DNA from: Bacilli bacterium
GTDB lineage: Bacteria; Bacillota_I; Bacilli_A; RFN20; CAG-826
Length of the DNA: 43,892 nt
Direction: 5' to 3'
Assembly (NCBI GenBank): GCA_017479485.1
Contig: JAFVCC010000051.1
Span: 1-43,892 of the forward strand
Numbering within the stretch: position 1 is the stretch's first letter; each line of letters starts with the position of its first letter. The notes beneath the pieces are model-generated. The model searched no databases. It was not told the origin of the DNA and worked only from the letters and a program-made list of their open reading frames with translations. This document shows, piece after piece, positions 18,763 to 28,309 of the stretch. The position numbers and the translations under genes were made by a program.

Positions 18763-20529
18763 ATGAAGAAGCGCTTAGGACTGTTATTCGGGTTATGTGG
18801 ACTTACTTTAGTAGGCTGCGCTTCAACGCCTTCTTCCGCCGATTCTTCTTCGCCTGTTTCTTCCCCTTTATCTTCCTCGCCTTCTAGTGACACTTCGATT
18901 TCCTCTTCCGCCACCTCCGTTCCCATCGAAGAACTATTGACCTTCAACGAAATTCCCGAGAAAGAATTCGAATGCTCGGTTGAGGCGAAATCAAAGGACA
19001 TCGAAGGGGAAGTCATCATCCCCAACGTCTATAACGGCCGAAAAGTCACCCGCATCGAGGGTTCCGCCTTTGAAGGCTGCACGAAAATCACCCGCATCAG
19101 CATTCCCTGGTGTGTCGAATATATCGGCGGCGATGCGTTCTACGGCGCCACTTCCCTCGAAGCGATCGACGTCGCCTCGGATAATCCCATCTACGCTTCC
19201 CATGAAGGTGTTTTGATGGATAAAGAGGATTCCGCGTTGGTCCTTTGCCCCCAAGGGAAGAAGGGGGACTATGCGATTTTGGATTCGGTTCTCCTCATCA
19301 AAAGCAATGCCTTCGAAGGCTGCGAGAAGCTAAACTCGGTCACCATCCCCGCAAGCGTGAGGAATATCGCGGAATATGCCTTTGATGGCTGCACTTCCCT
19401 AACCGCTTTTTACGTCGACCCTGAAAACCGGGAATTCTCATCTGTAGATGGGGTGCTGTTCAATCAGCAGAAATCGACCCTTCTACTTTGCCCTAACGGC
19501 AAAGAAGGAACCTATATCGTCCCTTTCACGGTGGAAAAGATCGACGATGGCGCCTTTGAGGGCTGTTCAAAACTTACTTCTCTCTCCTTGCAGGAAGGGT
19601 TAAAGGTCTTAGGCGAATCCGCTTTTTCCGGATGCGAACTCCTTTCTTCTCTAACGTTGCCAAAGACGTTAACTCATATCGGCGAGCTGGCGTTTACGCG
19701 CACCGCGATCACCTCGCTCGACGTTCCTTCAAACGTCATCCAGCTGGAACAAAGCGCCTTCTATCTTTGCGAGAAGCTCGAGTCCATCAACGTCCACGAG
19801 GATAATGTCTTTTATGCCTCGCGTGATGGCGTCGTATTCTATAAATCGAAGTCGACCCTTCTCGTTTGCCCCGAAGGCAAGTCGGGCGATTACGCCATGC
19901 CCGAAGGCTACCAAGCGATTGGGGATGAGGCGTTTGAGGGCTGCAAGAAGCTTACCTCCATCGCGCTTCCCGCCTCGCTAAACTATATTGGGGAAAATGC
20001 CTTCTCAGGCACGGAAGGTAACCTTGCTTTCATTGTTGCGGATGGTAGTGGTTTCTATTCCGCCTTAGACGGCGTCTTATTCAATCAAAGCAAGACCACC
20101 TTAATCAGCTACCCTCAAGGCAAAAGAGGGGCCTATGTCATTCCAAAAACCGTTACCGCTTTAGCGGAAAGCTGCTTTGAAAGCTCCGTGGGCCTTACTC
20201 GCGTAACCATTCCTTCTTCCATCGCCATAATCCCCGAATATGCCTTCTTCGATTGCGAAGCCTTAACTTCGGTCTCCTTCCCCGATACCTTAAAAGAGAT
20301 CCAAAGTTTTGCCTTTAGCTTCTGCTCTAGCCTGACCTCCATCGATCTTCCCGCTTCCTTAACGCTTCTTGAAGACTTTTGCTTTAGCTCCTGCACGAGC
20401 TTAGCTTCGGTTCGTTACCTTGGTACATTAGCGCAGTGGGGCGAAGTTGACGTCGAAGAGCACTGGTGCAATAGATGCCCCTTAACGAAAGTCACTTGCT
20501 CCGATGGTGAGGCGCAAGTAGGGGATTAA
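18763..20529 (+). CDS. BspA-type leucine-rich-repeat lipoprotein
   Basis: Lipobox LVGC, Ser-rich linker, many IG..AF.GC..L.S..LP repeats, and four DGVL(F)...TL..CP.GK.G.Y-type modules. Confidence 0.9.
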   Translation: MKKRLGLLFGLCGLTLVGCASTPSSADSSSPVSSPLSSSPSSDTSISSSATSVPIEELLTFNEIPEKEFECSVEAKSKDIEGEVIIPNVYNGRKVTRIEGSAFEGCTKITRISIPWCVEYIGGDAFYGATSLEAIDVASDNPIYASHEGVLMDKEDSALVLCPQGKKGDYAILDSVLLIKSNAFEGCEKLNSVTIPASVRNIAEYAFDGCTSLTAFYVDPENREFSSVDGVLFNQQKSTLLLCPNGKEGTYIVPFTVEKIDDGAFEGCSKLTSLSLQEGLKVLGESAFSGCELLSSLTLPKTLTHIGELAFTRTAITSLDVPSNVIQLEQSAFYLCEKLESINVHEDNVFYASRDGVVFYKSKSTLLVCPEGKSGDYAMPEGYQAIGDEAFEGCKKLTSIALPASLNYIGENAFSGTEGNLAFIVADGSGFYSALDGVLFNQSKTTLISYPQGKRGAYVIPKTVTALAESCFESSVGLTRVTIPSSIAIIPEYAFFDCEALTSVSFPDTLKEIQSFAFSFCSSLTSIDLPASLTLLEDFCFSSCTSLASVRYLGTLAQWGEVDVEEHWCNRCPLTKVTCSDGEAQVGD

Positions 20530-20624
20530 CGCTTCCTTTTTCTATCCATCTCCACGAAAATAGTGGATTTTTGCAGACCTTTTGCACATAAAGAAGAAAA
20601 TCGTGCATCTTGCGAGCAATTTTC

Positions 20625-20652
20625 TTGACGTAGTTTTTCTTGCGTCTATCAT
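20625..20652 (+). promoter_or_regulatory. Putative sigma-A promoter of the riboswitch-ABC operon
   Basis: TTGACG-N16-TATCAT. Confidence 0.5.
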
Positions 20653-20659
20653 ATGCCCG

Positions 20660-20833
20660 ATCGAATAGAGGAGCGCTTGCGAAAAGTAGCCTCGTCCCAT
20701 CAGGCAAAACGGGATGAACGCGAAAGGCAATGGCGCCGAAACCCTCGTCACCGCCTAGTGACGTTGAGTTGGGCTATGGGGAAATACCCCATGGACTCTC
20801 CCAAGGAATATGCCTTGGGTTGGCGCTATTGAT
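20660..20833 (+). ncRNA. Lysine riboswitch (L-box)
   Basis: Hallmark segments in order: ATAGAGGAGCGC, AAGTA, GAAAGG, GCGCCGAAA, GTTGGG, GAAATA, GGACT, GCGCTAT. P1 closes as ATCGAATAG/CTATTGAT. It lies upstream of an amino-acid ABC transporter. Confidence 0.88.
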
Positions 20834-20908
20834 GCAAGCGGTCCTTCTCTGGGCTCCGGTCGCATTGGTAAAAAAGCCATCGATCGGGCACAAAGGAGGG
20901 TTTTCTTT

Positions 20909-21760
20909 ATGAAAATCAAAAACATCAGGCTTATGGCCATCATGGCAGCGTCCGCAGGCTGCCTGTTTTCCTGTGGAAACGGGGGAAGCGAAGACGTGAT
21001 CCGCATCGGGTTAGAGTGCGCCTACGCCCCCTTTAACTGGGTCGCCTCTTCCCCAAGCGACTTCACCCTTCCCATCGCGAACCATTCCGGCAGCGTCGCC
21101 GATGGCTACGACATCCAGATCGCAAAGAAGATTGCGAAAGACCTCGGCAAAAGGGTGGAGATCGTCCAGACCAAGTGGGAATCGCTCATCACCGACCTCC
21201 AGATGGGCTCCATCGACGCCATCGTCGCCGGCATGACCGACACCGAGGAACGCAGGCGCCAGATTTCCTTCACGGAAGAGTATTACCGCAGCGAGCTCGT
21301 GCTCGTGACGAAGGAAGAGGTGGCCTCGCGGTATGAAACCCCCTTATCCGCAGAGGATTTCGGCGACCTCGTCGAGGGGGAGAACATCGTTTCCCAGGTC
21401 GCGACCGTGACCAACGACGTGATCGACGTCTTCGCCAGCGACTATGGGGCGCGCCACGTCACTCCCGTCGCCACCTTCGCCCTCGCGGCCCAAGACGTCA
21501 TTAACGGCTCCGCGTTTGCGATGACGGCCGAGCTTCCCGTCGCCACCTCGATCGTGGGCAAGCTGAGCGGTCTTGGCATCGTCCATTTCGACCAGGAAGT
21601 CCTTGGCGAAGCCCGGAGCGAGCTTGGCGTGAGCATCGGCGTAAGGAAAAGCGACGCCACCTTGCTTAACGGCCTTAATTCCGTCCTCTCTACCCTTCCT
21701 ACGAGCGAGAGGGAATCCCTCATGGCCGCGGCGGTGGAACGCTCGGGAGGCGCGGAATGA
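20909..21760 (+). CDS. Amino-acid ABC transporter substrate-binding lipoprotein (family 3), likely lysine
   Basis: Lipobox LFSC, IGLECAYAPFNW, GYDIQIA and AGMTDTEER motifs; SD AAGGAGG. Confidence 0.9.
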   Translation: MKIKNIRLMAIMAASAGCLFSCGNGGSEDVIRIGLECAYAPFNWVASSPSDFTLPIANHSGSVADGYDIQIAKKIAKDLGKRVEIVQTKWESLITDLQMGSIDAIVAGMTDTEERRRQISFTEEYYRSELVLVTKEEVASRYETPLSAEDFGDLVEGENIVSQVATVTNDVIDVFASDYGARHVTPVATFALAAQDVINGSAFAMTAELPVATSIVGKLSGLGIVHFDQEVLGEARSELGVSIGVRKSDATLLNGLNSVLSTLPTSERESLMAAAVERSGGAE

Positions 21761-22527
21761 ACCTCGGCGAAGACATCGCGAGGATGCTCAGCGCCTACTG
21801 GGATAAGTTCCTTCTCGGTTTAGCGGGTACCTTAATCCTCTCCGTCGTCGGGACGGGGATTGGCTTGCTCCTTGGCATATTCTTGGCCTTAGGGAAGCGG
21901 CTTCGTCCCAAAAAGAACGACCCCTTATACCTAAAAATTGCAAAAGGGGCGGGGCTAGGCCTATGCTCCGCCTATAGCGCGGTCGTCCGCGGTACGCCGA
22001 TGATGGTGCAAGCGCTGCTATTCAAATACGGCTGCATGATGCTCGGGGTCAACTGGAATAACATCCTCCCGGGCATCGACGTGTTCAACGGCTGGATGGT
22101 CGCGGGCCTCATCGTCATCACCCTCAATACCGCCGCCTATATGGGCGAGGTGGTGCTTTCGGGCTTAAACGGGGTGGACAAAGGCCAAAGCGAAGGGGCA
22201 CGTTCCCTGGGGCTATCTTCGAGCCAGACCCTATGGTCGGTCGTCTTGCCGCAGGCGCTACGCAACGCCATCCCAACCATCGGCAATGAATGGATCGTCA
22301 ACATCAAGGACTCCTCGGTGCTCAACGTCATCGGCGTTGCGGAGCTTTATTTCGCCGCCTATAACGCCGCGAACGATTCCTATGCCTTCATGGCATCCTA
22401 CCTCATCATCGCGGTGATCTACCTTTTGCTGACGATGCTAAGCAACCTCGTCCTTAAGCTCGTCGGCGTCAAGCTCGAAGGGAAATCCATCTTCCGCTTC
22501 CGCCATGGCAGGAGGGCCATCGCATGA
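21757..22527 (+). CDS. Amino-acid ABC transporter permease
   Basis: RGTPMMVQ, EAA-loop GQSEGARSLGLS, NIKDSS. Confidence 0.92.
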   Translation: MNLGEDIARMLSAYWDKFLLGLAGTLILSVVGTGIGLLLGIFLALGKRLRPKKNDPLYLKIAKGAGLGLCSAYSAVVRGTPMMVQALLFKYGCMMLGVNWNNILPGIDVFNGWMVAGLIVITLNTAAYMGEVVLSGLNGVDKGQSEGARSLGLSSSQTLWSVVLPQALRNAIPTIGNEWIVNIKDSSVLNVIGVAELYFAAYNAANDSYAFMASYLIIAVIYLLLTMLSNLVLKLVGVKLEGKSIFRFRHGRRAIA

Positions 22528-23255
22528 GCATCCTCACGGTAAGCAACTTAAAGAAGTCCTTCGATGGCGAAAGCGTCCTTGAGGACGTGAGCTTCACTTT
22601 GGAGAAGGGCGATTGCCTCGCGATCTTAGGGAATTCGGGATCGGGCAAGTCGACGCTGCTGCGCTGCATCAATTTGCTTGAACGCCCCGATTCGGGGACG
22701 ATCCTCTTCGAGGGTGAGAACATCCTTTCCCACTCCGCGAACGAGAACCGCCTCCGCTCGCGCATCAACATGGTCTTCCAGTCCTTTAACCTCTTCGCGA
22801 ACATGTCGGTTTTGGATAACTGCATGCTCGCCCAGCGCAAAGTCCTTCGTCGCAGCAAGGAGGAAGCAAGGCGGATTTCCTTAGAAAACCTTGCAAAAGT
22901 CGGCTTAAAAGAGAAATGTGACGCCCTTCCTTCCACCCTTTCGGGCGGACAGAAGCAGCGCGTCGCCATCGCGCGTTCCCTCTGCATGAATCCGGAGATC
23001 ATCCTCTTTGACGAGCCCACCAGCGCCCTCGACCCCATGATGGTCGCGGAAGTGTGCAACGTCATGTCCTCCTTGCGAGAGGAAGGGGTGACGATGATCC
23101 TCGTCACCCACCAGATCGAATTCGCGCGGAACATTTCCAGCAAGACGCTATTCCTCCATCAGGGGAAGGTGGACTTATGCGCCCCGACGGAAGAAGCCTT
23201 CCTTCACCCAAGCCCCAGGTTTGCCGAGTTCCTCAAGGTCGAGCGCTCGCTTTAA
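22524..23255 (+). CDS. Amino-acid ABC transporter ATP-binding protein (GlnQ-like)
   Basis: GNSGSGKST, LSGGQKQR, FDEPTSALDP. Confidence 0.95.
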   Translation: MSILTVSNLKKSFDGESVLEDVSFTLEKGDCLAILGNSGSGKSTLLRCINLLERPDSGTILFEGENILSHSANENRLRSRINMVFQSFNLFANMSVLDNCMLAQRKVLRRSKEEARRISLENLAKVGLKEKCDALPSTLSGGQKQRVAIARSLCMNPEIILFDEPTSALDPMMVAEVCNVMSSLREEGVTMILVTHQIEFARNISSKTLFLHQGKVDLCAPTEEAFLHPSPRFAEFLKVERSL

Positions 23256-23325
23256 GCGAGCATTTCGATTTGCCCTCATCGGTAACGTGGTAGAATCTTC
23301 CTCGGAAACATAAGGAGGCACCCGA

Positions 23326-24786
23326 ATGGCATGCACCACGATATTAGTCGGCAAGAAGGCGAGCTACGATGGCTCGACCCTCATCGCCCGTAATGACGAT
23401 GGCTTCTTCGATGAGAAGAAATTGGTTGTCGTCGACCCCAAAAAGCAACCCCGCAAATATAAAAGCAAGATCTCGCACGTCGAAATCGACTTGCCCGATA
23501 ACCCCTTAACCTATACCGCAACCCCAAACGTCAACGCGGATAACGGCATCTGGGCGGCCAATGGCATCAATAGTCATAACGTCGCCATGACGGCCACGGA
23601 AACCCTCACGAGTAACCCGCTCGTCCTCGGCGCCGATCCCTACGTCAAACCCGAGCGCAATAGCAAAGGCCGGGTGAAGAAGAGCGGTGGCATCGGTGAA
23701 GAAGATCTCGTCGTCTTGGTTTTGCCCTACATTCGTTCCGCTCGCGAAGGCGTGCTTCGCCTCGGCGAACTCCTAGAGAAATATGGCACCTATGAGCCCA
23801 ATGGCATCGCCTTCTCCGACGAGAACGAAATCTGGTGGCTCGAGACCATCGGCGGGCATCATTTCATCGCCAAGAGGGTAAAAGACGAAGAATACGTCAT
23901 CATGCCCAATCAGTTCGGCATCGATTCCTTCGACCTCGATGATGCCTTTGGAGAACAGAAGGAACATATCTGCAGCAAAGACCTCCGCGAATTTATCGCG
24001 GCTAACCACCTCGACCTAAACTTAGGAGGCGTGTTTAATCCCCGCTGGATCTTCGGCTCCCATAGCGACGCCGACCATGTCTATAACACCCCGCGCGCCT
24101 GGTTCATGGCCCGCTATTTCTCGCCTTCCGCGCATCGTTATGATGGAAAAGATGCCGACATTGGCCCCGAAAGCGACAATATACCATGGAGCCTAATCCC
24201 CGACCATAAAATCACGGTCGAGGACATCAAATACATCCTTTCGAGCTACTATCAAGGCACGCCTTATAATCCTTATTCTAAAGTATCGGAAAAGCCAGGC
24301 GTCTACCGTCCCATCGGCATCTCGCGCACGAGCGTCATGCAGATCTTACAGATCCGCCCCTATGTCGATGACGCGATCAAAGCAGTAGGATGGCTGAGCT
24401 TTGGCTCTAACCCCTTCAATGGTTCCGTCCCACTATATGCCAACGTCGACTCTTTCCCGCGTTATTTCAGTGGCACGACGATGGACGTCGATACCCTTAA
24501 TTCCTATTTCTGGGCTTCGCGCCTCATCGGCGTTTTGGCCGATGCGAATTATGGCGCTTGCATCCAACACATCGAGCGTTACCAAGCCGCTTTATTCAAC
24601 AAAGGCCACGAACTGCTCAACCATTATGATGCTGCGTTCAAATCGGAAAAGAACGGGGATTTGCTGAAGAAATTCAATGAAGAAATCGCTTCGTTTGCCA
24701 AAGAGCAATCCCTCGATACCCTCAAGAAAGTCCTCATGGAAGCCTCGAAGGTGATGAAGTGCGGCTATTCCCGCAGCGACAACTAA
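23326..24786 (+). CDS. C69-family dipeptidase (PepD-like)
   Basis: N-terminal nucleophile ACTTILVGKKASYDGST..ARNDD; ETIGGHH; YNTPR. Confidence 0.92.
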   Translation: MACTTILVGKKASYDGSTLIARNDDGFFDEKKLVVVDPKKQPRKYKSKISHVEIDLPDNPLTYTATPNVNADNGIWAANGINSHNVAMTATETLTSNPLVLGADPYVKPERNSKGRVKKSGGIGEEDLVVLVLPYIRSAREGVLRLGELLEKYGTYEPNGIAFSDENEIWWLETIGGHHFIAKRVKDEEYVIMPNQFGIDSFDLDDAFGEQKEHICSKDLREFIAANHLDLNLGGVFNPRWIFGSHSDADHVYNTPRAWFMARYFSPSAHRYDGKDADIGPESDNIPWSLIPDHKITVEDIKYILSSYYQGTPYNPYSKVSEKPGVYRPIGISRTSVMQILQIRPYVDDAIKAVGWLSFGSNPFNGSVPLYANVDSFPRYFSGTTMDVDTLNSYFWASRLIGVLADANYGACIQHIERYQAALFNKGHELLNHYDAAFKSEKNGDLLKKFNEEIASFAKEQSLDTLKKVLMEASKVMKCGYSRSDN

Positions 24787-24807
24787 GCCTTGATTTAGGC
24801 ATAGTAA

Positions 24808-24830
24808 AAGGAAGGGCGCGACCCTTCCTT
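24808..24830 (+). terminator. Stem-loop terminator
   Basis: AAGGAAGGG-cgcga-CCCTTCCTT. Confidence 0.6.
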
Positions 24831-25156
24831 ATACTTATGCTTTAGGCGTTATTCGCGAGGTCGCGGATCGTCTTCTTATCTTCTTCGTCCCAGGGGAGGA
24901 GGTCGATGTAATGGAATGCTTTCTCTTTCAAAATGGCTCAGGATTTCGCCACGGCCTTTTAGCACAATAAGGAGGAGCCGCCATGAAGGAGACCTGGCCG
25001 AAAGACTGTATTCGCTTCTTTGCTCGTTCTCATCCGTAGGCTCTATTTTCCTATTTATATAGAGCGAAGCAATCATCGAAAGAATGCGCTTCCACTTTGT
25101 GACACATATGTGGCGAAGGCGGGCGTATCATTGGCCCATCGAAGGAGGTAATCACG

Positions 25157-26224
25157 ATGCCAAACCGATTAACCCAAGAACAACTGAATAACGTCCATTA
25201 CGTCTCCATCAGCGATTACGTGAACCGCATGGATGCCATTGAGAATTTCGAAGACAAGATGGCCTTTACCACACGTTATCTCCTCTCCTATGGGGCGGAG
25301 CAGCGTGATGTTTCCTTAGAGGAAGCCATCCATATCGCCAAAGTCAAGATCGCCGACGCTTCCGCGGCGTTGCGTAAGGACATGATCATGGTCCCAGACG
25401 AAGCGGTCAATCCTACCTTAGACGCAGTGCAAGACGCCGCGAACCGCCGCTTCATGATCGACCCGATCGGCTACCTCAAAGATCAAGCCGCCGATATGCT
25501 CCACCAAGAGGAAGAGAAGGGGGTCACCGATGCCAACAGCCAGAAGGTCGCCGACCTGCAGCTTATGTACGCGGTCTTATCCAATGACTTCGACCATTCC
25601 ATGTCCAATAAGGTCAGCGCGCTCGACGTCGAGCCTACTTCGCGCGACGTGAAAGCCCGCCTCAACGCCAAATTCGGCGGACGTTTGGAAAATGCCTATG
25701 AAGCCACCAAGCCCGGCGTCCTCGCCAAGATGTTCAACAAATACTCGACGGCTTACCATAACCTCGACGAGACCTATAAGGCCTTCAATAACCCGGACCA
25801 CGCCCTCTATGGCGACATGAATTCCCTCGATAAAGCCGCGAAGGAATACCTCCAGCACGTCTTCCCTTCCTGGAACCCGAACGATGGGCTGATGAATCCT
25901 TCCCTCATCTCCCGCCACCTAAAAGGCACCCAAGCCTCTCGCGCGCTATTTAGCTACAACATCCTCAAAGCCACCGCCGAGCAACGGGAATGCGAAAAAG
26001 CCTATGATTGCATCATCAGCAGCAACCTCCAAGCCCGCGCCCTCGAGGAAGCAAACGCCGGCGATGAAGTGCTAAACCAAGCGGATGGAAATGCTGCATT
26101 CCAGCAAGGCCTACAAGAAGACGTGAATGACCTTGACCAGGCCCAAATCGAGGAAGACTACCACCAGAACTTCGCCGACGTCCCCGAGGAGGAAGTTGAA
26201 AACGACGTTCCCGCAGTGGAATAA
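25157..26224 (+). CDS. Hypothetical protein, paralog 1 (acidic tail)
   Basis: SD AAGGAGG; genome-typical codon usage; similar to 26339-27418. Confidence 0.8.
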   Translation: MPNRLTQEQLNNVHYVSISDYVNRMDAIENFEDKMAFTTRYLLSYGAEQRDVSLEEAIHIAKVKIADASAALRKDMIMVPDEAVNPTLDAVQDAANRRFMIDPIGYLKDQAADMLHQEEEKGVTDANSQKVADLQLMYAVLSNDFDHSMSNKVSALDVEPTSRDVKARLNAKFGGRLENAYEATKPGVLAKMFNKYSTAYHNLDETYKAFNNPDHALYGDMNSLDKAAKEYLQHVFPSWNPNDGLMNPSLISRHLKGTQASRALFSYNILKATAEQRECEKAYDCIISSNLQARALEEANAGDEVLNQADGNAAFQQGLQEDVNDLDQAQIEEDYHQNFADVPEEEVENDVPAVE

Positions 26225-26238
26225 GACCCATCAAAACC

Positions 26239-26268
26239 GATGCTCTATTAAGTAGGGCATCTTTTTTT
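26239..26268 (+). terminator. Intrinsic terminator
   Basis: GATGCTCTA-ttaag-TAGGGCATC followed by T7. Confidence 0.75.
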
Positions 26269-26338
26269 GCTGTGTGGCAGCTTCGTTGCAGTCTTTATTG
26301 CATAATATTCCCATCCTAAGAAAAAGGAGGATCAAGCC

Positions 26339-27418
26339 ATGCCAAAATTAACGAAAGAGCAAATCACGAAATCCCAATACGTCTCGATGGCCGATTTCTG
26401 CAATAAAGTGGACCAAATCGAGAACTTCGACGAGAAGGTGAAATTCGCGACCAACTACCTCCTTTCCCATGGGGCCAATGGAGCGGAAACCGACTATTCC
26501 TTCCAAGAAGCCGTCCATATCGCGCGGATGAAGCTCATCGACGCTTCGGCGAAGCTCCGCGACAAGATCTTCAACGACGAGGACGGACCCGACCCCGCCG
26601 ACCTTTTTATCGATGAGGACGAATACGCGGTCAATCCTTATGCCGAGGAGGAAAAAGACGACATTGAAAACGAGTTCTTCATCGGCCACCCCGCCGAATA
26701 CCTCAAAGCCAAAGCAGAGAAATATGCGAAAGAGCTAAACGAGAGGGAAATGCTCGTCAACGAAGAACTCTTCTTCCGCGACAACTGCACCCGCCTCGCG
26801 AGCGAATTGACTCCCGCGACGACGCACGAGATTCTGCAAAAAGAGGCCAAGAAGATGCCGGTGTTCGACATCACCGCCCGCATGGAAGTCAAATACGGTG
26901 GCAAAGAAGGACTCAAAGAGGCCGAAAAGCTCATCGCCCCGAGTTTCGTCACCAAGCTCTTTGGCACCCGTTCCACCGCGGGGAAGAACTTCGATGAAGT
27001 CTACGCTGCCTTCCATAACCCCAACCATGTCCTCTATGGAAATCTCGATGCCCTAGAAATCGCGACGCAGCAATACGTCGACTACAAAGACGCGACAAAA
27101 GGCACCGCCGAACGCCTCGCTGGCCTCGCCGTAAAGGAACCGAAAGAAGGGTTCGCATTGAGACTCCTTGATGCGATCAAGGACCAAAAGGCCAATAATG
27201 AAATCTTTGAGACCGTCGTTGGTGGCTGCGCGAACAAGAAGCTTACTGCCGAAAAAGTCGAGGCAATCAAAGGACCTGAACCCGTGGAACAGCAAGAGAA
27301 GGTCCCCCTCGTCCTCGACCTCGATGGCGAGGACGAAGAATACGAAGAAGAGGAATCGATGGAAAGCGAAGAAGAACTCGAAAACGAAAACGAGGTCAAT
27401 AACGATCCAGAGATCTAA
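26339..27418 (+). CDS. Hypothetical protein, paralog 2 (acidic tail)
   Basis: SD AAGGAGG; shares motifs with paralog 1. Confidence 0.8.
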   Translation: MPKLTKEQITKSQYVSMADFCNKVDQIENFDEKVKFATNYLLSHGANGAETDYSFQEAVHIARMKLIDASAKLRDKIFNDEDGPDPADLFIDEDEYAVNPYAEEEKDDIENEFFIGHPAEYLKAKAEKYAKELNEREMLVNEELFFRDNCTRLASELTPATTHEILQKEAKKMPVFDITARMEVKYGGKEGLKEAEKLIAPSFVTKLFGTRSTAGKNFDEVYAAFHNPNHVLYGNLDALEIATQQYVDYKDATKGTAERLAGLAVKEPKEGFALRLLDAIKDQKANNEIFETVVGGCANKKLTAEKVEAIKGPEPVEQQEKVPLVLDLDGEDEEYEEEESMESEEELENENEVNNDPEI

Positions 27419-27703
27419 ACAAATCCCAAAACCATCAGCATAAAGCGGCTCGCTATATATTTAGATATATATTTCAAAGCCGCTTTTAAAATGCCTTTTG
27501 TCGGAATTAGGCTGGACTTTGGAACGTTCCTCTTTTTCCTTGCCTCAAGGGAAAAAAGAACGTATGGGCGAGCCCCGATGAAACTCCGCGCGTTTTGCAA
27601 AACAAGATGGACGCTTCCTCAAAGCCATGCCAAACTTAAACTAGAAGCAGGGGATAGGCCTCTATAGAGGCGAATCCCACTTTCTCAAGGAAACGGTCCG
27701 ACT

Positions 27704-28180
27704 ATGAAAAAGCTCATCCTGATGGCTGGCGTCGCGGGTTCTGGCAAATCCACCTGGAGCCGCGCTTACGCTAAGGAACATCCCAATACCTTCGTCATCG
27801 ATACCGACGACACCCGGAAGTCCCTCACGGGCTCATACCTTGTTTTCACCGACCCCGTGACCCTCTCTTACGATGAGATGATCCGCCAAGCCAACGAAAT
27901 CCTTGCTCGGGAGGAGGAATGCACGGTCATCATCGATAGCACCTTCCTCACCGACGAGCGGAGGCTCTATTTCCTCTCGCGTCTCAAAGGCTATGACCGC
28001 CTCGAGCATTTCATGGTCAAATTCCATGACTATTCCGTCGTCTTCGAGCATAACAAGACGCGGCAAAAGGACAAATGGGTCCCCGATGAAGTCATCGAGA
28101 AGATGATTCAAAGATACGAAAACCCTTCACCCGAGGTGGAGAAACTCTTCGATAAGATCACGATCGAATATTGGAACTAA
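27704..28180 (+). CDS. P-loop kinase (AAA_33 / polynucleotide-kinase-like)
   Basis: LILMAGVAGSGKSTW, IDTDDTR, IIDST, VPDEVIEKM. Confidence 0.82.
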   Translation: MKKLILMAGVAGSGKSTWSRAYAKEHPNTFVIDTDDTRKSLTGSYLVFTDPVTLSYDEMIRQANEILAREEECTVIIDSTFLTDERRLYFLSRLKGYDRLEHFMVKFHDYSVVFEHNKTRQKDKWVPDEVIEKMIQRYENPSPEVEKLFDKITIEYWN

Positions 28181-28181
28181 C

Positions 28182-28213
28182 GCCACGGTCTCCCCTTAGC
28201 CTCCGTGGCTTTT
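28182..28213 (+). terminator. Probable terminator
   Basis: GCCACGG...CCGTGGC followed by TTTT. Confidence 0.5.
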
Positions 28214-28309
28214 CCTTGTTTCTTCGTCGCGATGCCACTTTATTTCGTTCATCCAAAGTTTTTTCGCCTCAACCCCATTTCGCCGTTATAAGAGGATGGA
28301 GGTATCAAG

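Noticed and set aside
20492-21006. Short ORFs around 20.5-21.0 kb
   Set aside because: They overlap the lysine riboswitch and its promoter and have no coding features.
27442-27680. Hairpins at 27442-27487 and 27651-27680 as an ncRNA
   Set aside because: No recognisable family; the first is adequately explained as a terminator.
27704-28180. Kinase as part of the Rpn system
   Set aside because: Separated from rpn by a terminator-like hairpin; adjacency is the only evidence.
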